DNA of 64,000 bases from Pseudomonadota bacterium (lineage in GTDB: Bacteria > Bdellovibrionota_B > Oligoflexia > Oligoflexales > CAIYRB01), in contig JANOTL010000223.1 of NCBI GenBank assembly GCA_031416315.1, forward strand, positions 1 through 64,000, written 5' to 3'. This document shows, one piece after another, positions 1 through 7,768 of this stretch (its first letter is position 1; every line of letters begins with the position of its first letter). The notes beneath the pieces were generated by a model. It was not told the DNA's origin, did no database searches, and was given only the letters and a program-made list of their open reading frames with translations. Position numbers and translations under genes: made by a program.

Positions 1-160
1 CCCCACCCGCCTCCTTTTTTTTCATTTCCCCTTCCTCCTAATCTTATTTTTTTCCTTTTTTTTTTTCCCCCCCCCCCCGGCAGGGGCTCCCCCCAAACAA
101 AATCTCCCCCCGCCCCCCCCGCTTCCTGGTTTCCCGCTAAAAAAGCCCAACCAGCCCCAA
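1..160. other. Low-complexity homopolymer-rich stretch, probably low-quality contig end
   Basis: Long runs of C, T and A unlike the codon-structured sequence in the rest of the window. Confidence 0.6.
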
Positions 161-163
161 TCT

Positions 164-1078
164 CTAAATCGAATCCAACCCCCAAACAAAAGCCCTCTCC
201 AACTCCCGCACGTCGCCGCCCAAGGGCAATACCCAAGCCATCGCATGCTCCTCCACCGACTCCGCCACCCCTGCCAACGCGTCGCGCATTTCCCGCTCCA
301 CCGTTCCAGGCGCCAAAATCACCAGCTGCTCGTACCCCGCCGCCTCCCCCAAGGCCCGCGCCACGGCCAAAGCCGCCGCCGGCGTCTTCCCGCCCCACTC
401 GTGCACGACGCCCTGCATGTCGTGGCCGCGCCCCATGACGCCCCACCCCTCGGCGCTCGCGAGCCCGTGCATCCCCGGGATCGTCAACTGCTCGGCAAAT
501 TCCCGCGCGTTTCTCTTCAATGTCCACGGGATGCGCGGCCTTTGCGCCAGTAGCCTTTGCGCCTTCAGCTCGTCCAAGGCGCCGATCGCGGCGCAAGCCC
601 CGGCGCCGCGAGGCAGCCGCTCGACCTTCGCCGTCACCCGCAGCTCGCGCCCGGTCGCCTGAAACCCCAGCTTTTGATAAAATTCCTGGAGATCACTCCA
701 GAGCAAAAGCGCCCTTAGGCCCGCCCGACGCGCTTCCCCGCAAAGCTCTTCGAAGAGCGTAGACATCAACCCGCGACCGCGGAGACTGGCATCAGTGGCG
801 ACATTGCCTACCAGCGCGACCGGCAAGGTTACGCCCGTGCTCGACACGAAGGCGCGCGGCCAGAAGTTCGCGTGCGCGGCGACGCGCGTCTGGCCCAGCG
901 CGAGGCAGCGGCTGAACTCGCCGCCGCGGAGCACGAGCGGATACTCGGCGCCGATCGCGAAGCGTGCGCCCGGCAAGGCGATGTGGCTCGGCCCACGGAG
1001 TGACGCGGAGAGCAGCGCGTCGCGTGCCGCCAGGTCTGCCGCTGCCTCGGGCCTATAAATGACGGGACTCTTTTCCAC
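164..1078 (-). CDS. GNAT family N-acetyltransferase (Eis-like)
   Basis: Motifs VGNVATDASLRGRGLM and FYQKLGF; GTG start chosen at 1078 because the longer ORF overlaps fliD. Confidence 0.8.
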   Translation of the reverse strand: MEKSPVIYRPEAAADLAARDALLSASLRGPSHIALPGARFAIGAEYPLVLRGGEFSRCLALGQTRVAAHANFWPRAFVSSTGVTLPVALVGNVATDASLRGRGLMSTLFEELCGEARRAGLRALLLWSDLQEFYQKLGFQATGRELRVTAKVERLPRGAGACAAIGALDELKAQRLLAQRPRIPWTLKRNAREFAEQLTIPGMHGLASAEGWGVMGRGHDMQGVVHEWGGKTPAAALAVARALGEAAGYEQLVILAPGTVEREMRDALAGVAESVEEHAMAWVLPLGGDVRELERAFVWGLDSI

Positions 1079-1109
1079 CTCGAGATCATAGCATCGTCGG
1101 AGAGCACTT

Positions 1110-2453
1110 ATGGGCGGACGCATCGGCGGATTGGCGGGCTCGGGAGTCGATCCCAAGCTCGTGCAGAAGCTGATCGAGGCTGAGAAGGTCCCGGTCGAGG
1201 CAGCCAAGCAGCGCAAGGAGAAGACGGTCGAGGAGAAGAAGGAGGTCGATCGTCTCCATACGATGCTGAACGAGCTCGACACCGCCTCCAACGGCATTAA
1301 GGCCAAGGGCGACTTCTACAAGCTCAAGGTCGAGAGCTCGCATCCTGACATCATGGAAGGGATGATCGAGGGCTTCGCTTCGCTCGGCACCTACGAGTTC
1401 GAGGTGCGCGGCATGTCGCGGACGGAGAAGGAGCTCGCCTTCGGCTTTCCCGACAAGGACCAAACGCCCGTCGGCTTCGGCTACATGGAGATCTTCCGCG
1501 AGGACATGGAGCCGGCCGAGGTCACCATCGAGCCGGGCTCGACCCTGAACGACGTCGCCCAGCAGATCAACGACCTCGACGCCGGCGTGCGCGCGATGGT
1601 CATCAACACGAAGTACAACCCCGACTCCTTCCGCCTCCTCGTCGTCAGCGAGAAGTCCGGCGCCGAGGCGAAGATCTCGATCGACGAGGACACCACCTTC
1701 CTCGAGTTCAATGAGCAGGTCACCGGCCGGAACTTGGACGTCCTCTTCGAGGACGTGCCCGTCACCGACGACGACAACATCCTCGACGAGCTCGTGGAAG
1801 GCGTCCGCTTCATGGTGAAGCGCTCGGAGCCCGGGACGCGCGTGCAGGTGAACGTCACCTACGACATGGATAAGACCGTCGAGGGGATCAAGGCCTTCGT
1901 CGACAAGTACAACGAGATCGTCAAGTTCTCGCAGGAGCAGTCCAAGGATCCGGCGCAGGGCGAGATGGGCAAGCTCTCCGGCGACTCCTCGGTGAAGACC
2001 ATCATGCGCGGCCTACAGACCTCGCTTTTTCCGCAAGGTACGCAGTCGACCAAGTTCCACACCTTGGGCGAAGTTGGCATTACGACCAACCCTAAGACCG
2101 GCGAGCTCGTGATGGACGACGCTAAAGTCCGCGGCGCGCTCGCCGAAGATTATGACGCAGTCGCGCAACTCTTCATCCAATCCAGAAACGGTGCGGGAGT
2201 GGGGGAGCGCATCGCGGCCAAGCTCAAGGCTTTCCGCGACCCGGAATCGGGGGTGGTCAAGGCGAGGCTGCGCGGGCTCGATCAGGTGATCGCGAACCAG
2301 GACAAAGAGATCACGCGACGGGAAGGGCAGCTCGAGAACAAGGAAGAGCAGATCAAACGTCGATTCGCGGCGCTCGACTCCCAGCTCTCCGGCCTGCAGG
2401 CACAGGGCCAGTTCTTGAACCAGAAGTTTGGTGGCGGCGGCGACGGGTCCTAG
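1110..2453 (+). CDS. fliD: Flagellar filament cap protein FliD
   Basis: N-terminal GLAGSGVD..LVQKLIEAEK, C-terminal F.ALDSQLS.L..Q..FL; directly upstream of fliS. Confidence 0.92.
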   Translation: MGGRIGGLAGSGVDPKLVQKLIEAEKVPVEAAKQRKEKTVEEKKEVDRLHTMLNELDTASNGIKAKGDFYKLKVESSHPDIMEGMIEGFASLGTYEFEVRGMSRTEKELAFGFPDKDQTPVGFGYMEIFREDMEPAEVTIEPGSTLNDVAQQINDLDAGVRAMVINTKYNPDSFRLLVVSEKSGAEAKISIDEDTTFLEFNEQVTGRNLDVLFEDVPVTDDDNILDELVEGVRFMVKRSEPGTRVQVNVTYDMDKTVEGIKAFVDKYNEIVKFSQEQSKDPAQGEMGKLSGDSSVKTIMRGLQTSLFPQGTQSTKFHTLGEVGITTNPKTGELVMDDAKVRGALAEDYDAVAQLFIQSRNGAGVGERIAAKLKAFRDPESGVVKARLRGLDQVIANQDKEITRREGQLENKEEQIKRRFAALDSQLSGLQAQGQFLNQKFGGGGDGS

Positions 2454-2488
2454 GATGTGGGACCTGGCCTAGAAACAGGAGTATCTCG

Positions 2489-2992
2489 ATGAGCAATCCC
2501 TACAGCCAGTACCAAAAGACGCAGGTCATGACCGCGAGCCGGGAGAAGGTTCTCCTCATGCTCTACGAGGGCGCCATCCGCTTCACGAAGCAAGCGCACG
2601 CGGCCATGAAGCAGAAGAAGATCGCCGAGAAGGGCAAATTCATCTCGAAGGCCACGGCCATCCTCTCGGAGCTGATGGCGACGCTCGACTTCAAGCAAGG
2701 CGGCCAGCTCGCCGTCGACCTCGAGAACCTCTACGTCTTCATGATCGACAAGCTGATCGAAGGCAACATCAAGAACGACCCGGAGTGCCTCGAGCACGTC
2801 GAGCGCCTGCTCCTGACCCTCTACGATGCCTGGAAAGACGTGATCGAGAACCCGCGCCCGGACGGCGTTCCCTCGCAGAAGCTCCAGCCGGAGGAGTACA
2901 AGAAGTTCGTCGAGGCGCAAGGCGAGACCGCCACGAAAAAGCCGCAGGAGCCGCAGGTTCCGGGCACGCGCGCCTTCAAGCAAATGGCCTGA
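2489..2992 (+). CDS. fliS: Flagellin export chaperone FliS
   Basis: NPYSQY..TQVMTAS..LLMLYEGAIRF; L.ATLDFKQGGQLA.DLENLY.FM. Confidence 0.95.
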   Translation: MSNPYSQYQKTQVMTASREKVLLMLYEGAIRFTKQAHAAMKQKKIAEKGKFISKATAILSELMATLDFKQGGQLAVDLENLYVFMIDKLIEGNIKNDPECLEHVERLLLTLYDAWKDVIENPRPDGVPSQKLQPEEYKKFVEAQGETATKKPQEPQVPGTRAFKQMA

Positions 2993-3136
2993 TTCGGGCA
3001 AACCTTGCCGACTCCGATACCCCACAATTGATGTGTTTTCGCAACATTCGGGACGCCGTTCGCGCTCATGCTAGCTTAATTTGAGCGCGATACTTCGTTC
3101 GATTCGTCCGCGAAAACCCGATGGGATGGGGTTTCC

Positions 3137-4456
3137 ATGCCAATTAGTCAGTCATTGTACACCGGCGTCACCGGCTTGTCCGTCAACTCCGACGGCATGG
3201 CGGTCATCGCCAACAACATCGCCAACGCCAACGCCAAAGGCTTCAAGCGCGATCGAGCGGAGTTCGAAGACCTCCTCTCGATGGACTTGACCTCGGGCGC
3301 CGGCTCGGCCCAGATAGGCCGCGGCGCGCGCCTGAAAGACGTGCGCACCATGCACACGCAGGGCGGTATGGCGGTGACGGACAACCTCACCGACCTGGCG
3401 ATCCAGGGGATGGGCTTCTTCGTCCTCGCCAACGCGAACACCGAGGTCCAGGAGTCGGCCGGCAAGTTCTACACGCGCACCGGATCCTTCGTCTTCGACA
3501 AGGACGGCTACCTGTCGTCGAGCGACGGCGGTCGGCTCCAGGGTTACATGTCGAACGAGTTGGGCGTCCTCTCGTCGCGCCTCTCCGACGTGCGTATCGA
3601 GACGAACTCGATCGCGCCGCAGGGCACGCAGAAGCTGCAGTTGGACATCAACCTCGACGCCCGCGAGAAGGTGATGGAAGAGCCGTTCGACGTCAACAAG
3701 GGCGAGATCACCTCGAACTTCAACACGACGATCACGGTCTTCGACAGCTACGGCGGCTCCCACCAGACGACGGTTTTTTTCCGCCGCCTGGAAGACGAAG
3801 AGGGCCCGACCTGGCAATGGCACGCGGCGGTCGACGGTAAAGAAGTGGTCGACGCCGGCGGCGACAAGATGAAGGAGATCGGGTCGGGCAAAGTCCGCTT
3901 CGACGCCAAGGGCAACCTGGCCGAAGAGATCACCGATTTCTCCGAGGTGAACTTTGCCGGCGGCCCCCTCCAAGGGCAGATCGTCGATTTCGACTTCGGC
4001 AAGAACATCCTGACCGAGGGCGGTAACGGCGTCAGCGCCTCGACCTCGATCGCGGCGAAGTCGGTCACGAACTTCCACCAGCAGAACGGCTACGAGGCGG
4101 GTAACCTGAAGTCGATGCGCGTCGACCTCGACGGCTCGATCATCGGCGTCTACACGAACGGCCTGGTGAAGACGCTCGGCGCCTTGGCGCTGGCGACCTT
4201 CGAGAACCAAGACGGCCTGATGAAGGGCGGCAGGAACCTCTTCTACGGCTCGATCGAATCCGGCCCGGCCAAGATCGGCATGGCGCAGACCGGCACGCGC
4301 GGCTCGATCTTCGCATCGTCCTTGGAGGAATCGAACGTCGACCTCGCCCAGGAGTTCGTGCAGATGATCATGACGCAGCGTGGCTTCCAAGCCAACTCGC
4401 GCTCGATCACGACGACGGACACGATGTACGAGGAAGTGTTGAACCTGAAGCGCTGA
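3137..4456 (+). CDS. flgE: Flagellar hook protein FlgE
   Basis: IANNIANAN..GFK, DLAIQG.GFF, YTRTGSF, LEESNVDLAQEFVQMI..QRGFQANSR; 439 aa. Confidence 0.93.
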   Translation: MPISQSLYTGVTGLSVNSDGMAVIANNIANANAKGFKRDRAEFEDLLSMDLTSGAGSAQIGRGARLKDVRTMHTQGGMAVTDNLTDLAIQGMGFFVLANANTEVQESAGKFYTRTGSFVFDKDGYLSSSDGGRLQGYMSNELGVLSSRLSDVRIETNSIAPQGTQKLQLDINLDAREKVMEEPFDVNKGEITSNFNTTITVFDSYGGSHQTTVFFRRLEDEEGPTWQWHAAVDGKEVVDAGGDKMKEIGSGKVRFDAKGNLAEEITDFSEVNFAGGPLQGQIVDFDFGKNILTEGGNGVSASTSIAAKSVTNFHQQNGYEAGNLKSMRVDLDGSIIGVYTNGLVKTLGALALATFENQDGLMKGGRNLFYGSIESGPAKIGMAQTGTRGSIFASSLEESNVDLAQEFVQMIMTQRGFQANSRSITTTDTMYEEVLNLKR

Positions 4457-4480
4457 TCGAGATTTCTAGATAGCTGACGG

Positions 4481-4512
4481 AGCCCCGTAGATTTTGTCTG
4501 CGGGGCTTTTTC
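4481..4512 (+). terminator. Rho-independent terminator after flgE
   Basis: AGCCCCGTAGA-ttttg-TCTGCGGGGCT stem followed by T run. Confidence 0.8.
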
Positions 4513-4551
4513 TATGCGGGATTTTTGTCACGACTCCTGCCGACGCCGACC

Positions 4552-5283
4552 TTACTTGAGCTTCTTGATGCCCGAGGTCTTGCGCACCGCCTTAGGCTTC
4601 CCCTTAGAAACCAGGGCCACGAAAGCCCCCGCTACCGGCAACTTCAACTTCGCCGCCAACCCCGTCCCGATCGGCAGGTACTGCGCCTTCTCGCGCATGT
4701 GGTCGACCGTGAAACCAGTCTGCGCCTTCAGCAACGCCGCGAGCTCGTCCTTCCCGAGGAACTTGAGCGGCCGCTCCGGGTCCGATTTGCGGATCGAGCG
4801 CGCCACTCCGGGAATTCCCCAGGGGCTCATTTTGTTGAAGGTGACGATCACCGCCTTGCCGCCCGGCGCGAGGATGCGCGCGATCTCCGCGAGAACCGCC
4901 GCCGGGCGCGGCGAGAACTCGAGCATGTTCACGCAGACGATGGCGGTGAAGCTGGCGTCGGCGAACGGCAGCTTGTCCGGCTCGCACTGGTGGAACGCGC
5001 CCGTGAGCGACGCTTTTTTGAAACGCTCCTCGAGCTCGCCTAAGGCCGCGACCGAGGGATCCGTGAGCGTCACTTTCCAGCCGAGCTTCGCCAAAGACTC
5101 GCCGACGATGCCGAGGCCGTAGCCGATCTCCAGCGCGGCCTTCGACTTCACGTTCGAGAACCAGTTCTCGAGCGTGTACCAGATCTCGGGAAAATAGCGC
5201 GCTTGGACGGTCGCCAGGACCTGGTCCTTGGCCAAGGCCATCGGCTTGTCGAGGAGGCCGCCTTCCTTCTTACCGTCCGTCAT
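4552..5283 (-). CDS. Class I SAM-dependent methyltransferase
   Basis: ALEIGYGLG motif I, LPFADASF, LAEIARILAPGG. Confidence 0.85.
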   Translation of the reverse strand: MTDGKKEGGLLDKPMALAKDQVLATVQARYFPEIWYTLENWFSNVKSKAALEIGYGLGIVGESLAKLGWKVTLTDPSVAALGELEERFKKASLTGAFHQCEPDKLPFADASFTAIVCVNMLEFSPRPAAVLAEIARILAPGGKAVIVTFNKMSPWGIPGVARSIRKSDPERPLKFLGKDELAALLKAQTGFTVDHMREKAQYLPIGTGLAAKLKLPVAGAFVALVSKGKPKAVRKTSGIKKLK

Positions 5284-5355
5284 AAGCTCTAACCCCCGAT
5301 GGTTCCAAGGGTATCATGAGGGACGCGCTCACGCTCGCGAACGATTGGCGCCCAA

Positions 5356-6573
5356 TCATGACCGCTGCACACCCGCCGCCAAACGATCGGCAACGTGCGC
5401 CGCGATCGCCAAGGCGACCTCGGCCTTGCCGGAGACGGTGCGGACGGCGCCGTTCTCGACGAGCTGCGCCACGTGCTTGGCCGGGCCGACGTCGGCCAGG
5501 ACGTTCAGAACCATAAGGCTCAGGCCGTAGTCGCCGACGTATTTTTTCGCAAGCTCGGCGACGCGCGCCGCGTCCAAGGCCGGCTCCAGCTTGAAGCCGA
5601 CCTTGACGCCGCCGGTCGGCCGGACCGAGGCGATGATTTTGGCCGCGCGCGTGAGCTCGATCGTCAGGGTCTCATGCGCGGCGGAGCTGATCTTGCCGAC
5701 GGCGCGCGTCTTCGGCACGAAGTCCAACACGGAGGCCGCGAGCACGGCGGCGTCGACGCCACTCGCCTGCGCCTTCTGCACCGCCTCGGCCATCTCGTCG
5801 TTGGTCTCGACCGCGACGTGACGGGTGGCGACGCGAGGCTCGATCTTCGCCGGCCCGCAGACGATGAAAGTCGACAGGCCGCGGCGGTAGAGCTCTTCTG
5901 CGACGAGGGAGCCGAGCGCGCCGCTCGAATAGTTCGAGACGTAGCGCACGTCGTCCAGATAGCCGCGCGTCGTGCCCATGGTGATCAGGACGCGCTCGTC
6001 GCGGCGGCCCCCGTTCAGTTTGTGGGCGCAGAGGTCGGCCAAGGTCGCAGGCTCGGGGAACTTGCGCTTACCCTCTTCCTCGCGAGCGCCGAGGACGGCG
6101 ACGCCCATGCCTGGAAGGAGGTCGAAGTTGCGCCGGACGGCGGGCGCGGCCGCGAGGCTGTCGTGCATGTTCGGCAGGACCAGGACCGGCTTCCCCAGGC
6201 CGAGGTAGCTCTGGACCAAGGCCGCGGACGCCGTGTCGGTCAAGCCCTGCGCGATCCGGGCGATCATCGCCGCGGAGGCGGGGGCGACGACTACGGCGTC
6301 GCCCGTGGCGAGGTGTGAGGCGTCGCCGAGAAAGCCTTCACGCACCGGCCGGGCCGAGGCCCAGGCCAACGCGGTCGGCGTGACGAACTGAGCGCCGCCG
6401 GCGGTCAGCCAGACGGTGACCTCCGCGCCGAGCCGGCGCAGCGAGCGCACGAAGCGGACGCTCTCGACGGCTCCGATCGAGCCGCAAACGACGACGTCAA
6501 CGCGCCGCCCCGCCAGAGCTTCCGAGATCGGCACTACCTGTAGGTCGGCTAGTGGGTCATTCGACACGATCAT
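5356..6573 (-). CDS. coaBC: Bifunctional phosphopantothenoylcysteine decarboxylase/ligase CoaBC
   Basis: GSIGAV, VVAPASA..IARIAQG, PNMH (flavoprotein domain); ITMGTT..LDDVRYVSNYSSG, AASVLDF, KISS, VGFKLE (ligase domain). Confidence 0.88.
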   Translation of the reverse strand: MIVSNDPLADLQVVPISEALAGRRVDVVVCGSIGAVESVRFVRSLRRLGAEVTVWLTAGGAQFVTPTALAWASARPVREGFLGDASHLATGDAVVVAPASAAMIARIAQGLTDTASAALVQSYLGLGKPVLVLPNMHDSLAAAPAVRRNFDLLPGMGVAVLGAREEEGKRKFPEPATLADLCAHKLNGGRRDERVLITMGTTRGYLDDVRYVSNYSSGALGSLVAEELYRRGLSTFIVCGPAKIEPRVATRHVAVETNDEMAEAVQKAQASGVDAAVLAASVLDFVPKTRAVGKISSAAHETLTIELTRAAKIIASVRPTGGVKVGFKLEPALDAARVAELAKKYVGDYGLSLMVLNVLADVGPAKHVAQLVENGAVRTVSGKAEVALAIAAHVADRLAAGVQRS

Positions 6574-6711
6574 GGGCCTTTGGGTGGTGAGCCATAGTCG
6601 ATAGTCGCGACGAGCCGACGAGGCGTGGCGGGGTCACGGTGAGGAGGCGCGTCGCGGCTAGCGGCTATGGATCGCCGCCCAAAGGCCCATGATCGTGTCG
6701 AATGACCCACT
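6551..6711. repeat. Long inverted repeat (66-nt arms, outer 34 bp perfect) overlapping the coaBC start
   Basis: 6551-6616 pairs with 6646-6711 with 7 non-Watson-Crick positions. Confidence 0.9.
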
Positions 6712-6762
6712 CGATCTTGGTGCATGCGGGTGGGGGCGCTCCCAGTGACGCAGTCCGGAAGC

Positions 6763-6936
6763 TTACTTCTTCGCGGCGCGCGCTTGCTTCTGCTTCAGCT
6801 CGTTGGCGTTCGGCTTGTTGAGCGCCAGGTCGGGGGCGGTCGAGCCGGCGTTGGCGATCGCGTTCTTGCGGGCTTTGCCGGATGCGAGGCCTTTGAGAAT
6901 CTTGCGACGCTTGTGCACTTTTGTAGGGGAAGCCAT
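6763..6936 (-). CDS. Small basic protein, 57 aa (MASPTKVHKRRK...)
   Basis: GAGG SD before ATG, typical codon usage, upstream sigma70-like promoter. Confidence 0.7.
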   Translation of the reverse strand: MASPTKVHKRRKILKGLASGKARKNAIANAGSTAPDLALNKPNANELKQKQARAAKK

Positions 6937-6978
6937 GCGGTCCTCGAATGGTTCAAAACGGGAGTCGAAACGGGGGCG

Positions 6979-7007
6979 AACGTAGGCGAAACGGGGGTCG
7001 AAATCAA
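6979..7007 (-). promoter_or_regulatory. Sigma70-like promoter TTGATT-N17-TACGTT embedded in imperfect 10-12 nt tandem repeats
   Basis: Spacing of 17; repeated unit of the form AAACGGGGG(T)CG at 6956-7003. Confidence 0.45.
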
Positions 7008-7074
7008 GCCCCGAGTCTGGCATTCTCGGGCGGAGTCCCCGTCGTCCCCATTCTTTTAGGAAGGACGCCCCTCC

Positions 7075-7767
7075 ATGCAACGCACGCTCCTCTTCGGTTT
7101 CGCGCTTCTGCTCCCGCACTTCGCCGCAGCTCCCGCCCTGGCCGCCGGCGACATGCTCCAGCCGAACGAGGTCCAAACTACCGGGATCTCGGCTAATCCG
7201 GCCAACGAGTCCGGCTTCTTCCTCGGCGCAGGCTTGGGCTTCGGCCAAGCCCGCTCGACCGACAAGGACACCACCCCAGGGCTGGCAATGCTCGGCAAGA
7301 TCGAGCCCGGCTTCCAGGTCGGCCGCGGCAGCTGGTCGCGGCTCGAGTTCTCCGGCGAATTCCTCTTTGGAAACATCAGCTTCCGCACGAAAGAGACGAA
7401 CGCCGGCAAGGTCGAGATGCCGATCGGCTTCGGCCTTCTGGTGAAGGCAGGTTACGGCTACAGCCTGGGCGAGAAGGCGATCGCCATGGTGAAGCTCGGC
7501 GTCGGCCCGATGCTCGCCAAGTACAAGGCGAAGCCGCTCGGCCAGACCGCCGAGTCCGATGGCGCCGTGTCAGGCCTCGCCGCGATGGTCGGCTGGACCA
7601 TGGTCCTGCCGATGACCGACGTCTTGGACGGCGTCCTCGGCATCGACTGGCACCACTATCAGTTCAACGTCGACGACGTGAAGATCAACGGCGCCAAGGC
7701 CGACTACGATCGCAACGTCGCCGTCAACGTCCCGCAAGCGAACCTCGGCCTGCGCGTGCGTTTCTGA
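7075..7767 (+). CDS. Outer-membrane beta-barrel protein
   Basis: Signal peptide, alternating beta-strand pattern, C-terminal GLRVRF. Confidence 0.7.
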   Translation: MQRTLLFGFALLLPHFAAAPALAAGDMLQPNEVQTTGISANPANESGFFLGAGLGFGQARSTDKDTTPGLAMLGKIEPGFQVGRGSWSRLEFSGEFLFGNISFRTKETNAGKVEMPIGFGLLVKAGYGYSLGEKAIAMVKLGVGPMLAKYKAKPLGQTAESDGAVSGLAAMVGWTMVLPMTDVLDGVLGIDWHHYQFNVDDVKINGAKADYDRNVAVNVPQANLGLRVRF

Positions 7768-7768
7768 C

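Noticed and set aside
22..246. 74-aa ORF with poly-G/poly-K at the window start
   Set aside because: Translation of homopolymer runs; likely low-quality sequence
2996..3060. GGGCAAACC...GGGACGC resembling a c-di-GMP-I riboswitch upstream of flgE
   Set aside because: Spacing too long, no GNRA-capped P2 and no GCAAAGC continuation; GGCAA/TTGCC is just a short hairpin
6590..6680. DGR-like template/variable repeat pair in the inverted repeat
   Set aside because: Differences are not adenine-specific and no reverse transcriptase is in the window
6956..7003. Short repeats as a CRISPR array
   Set aside because: Units are 10-12 nt without spacers; no cas genes
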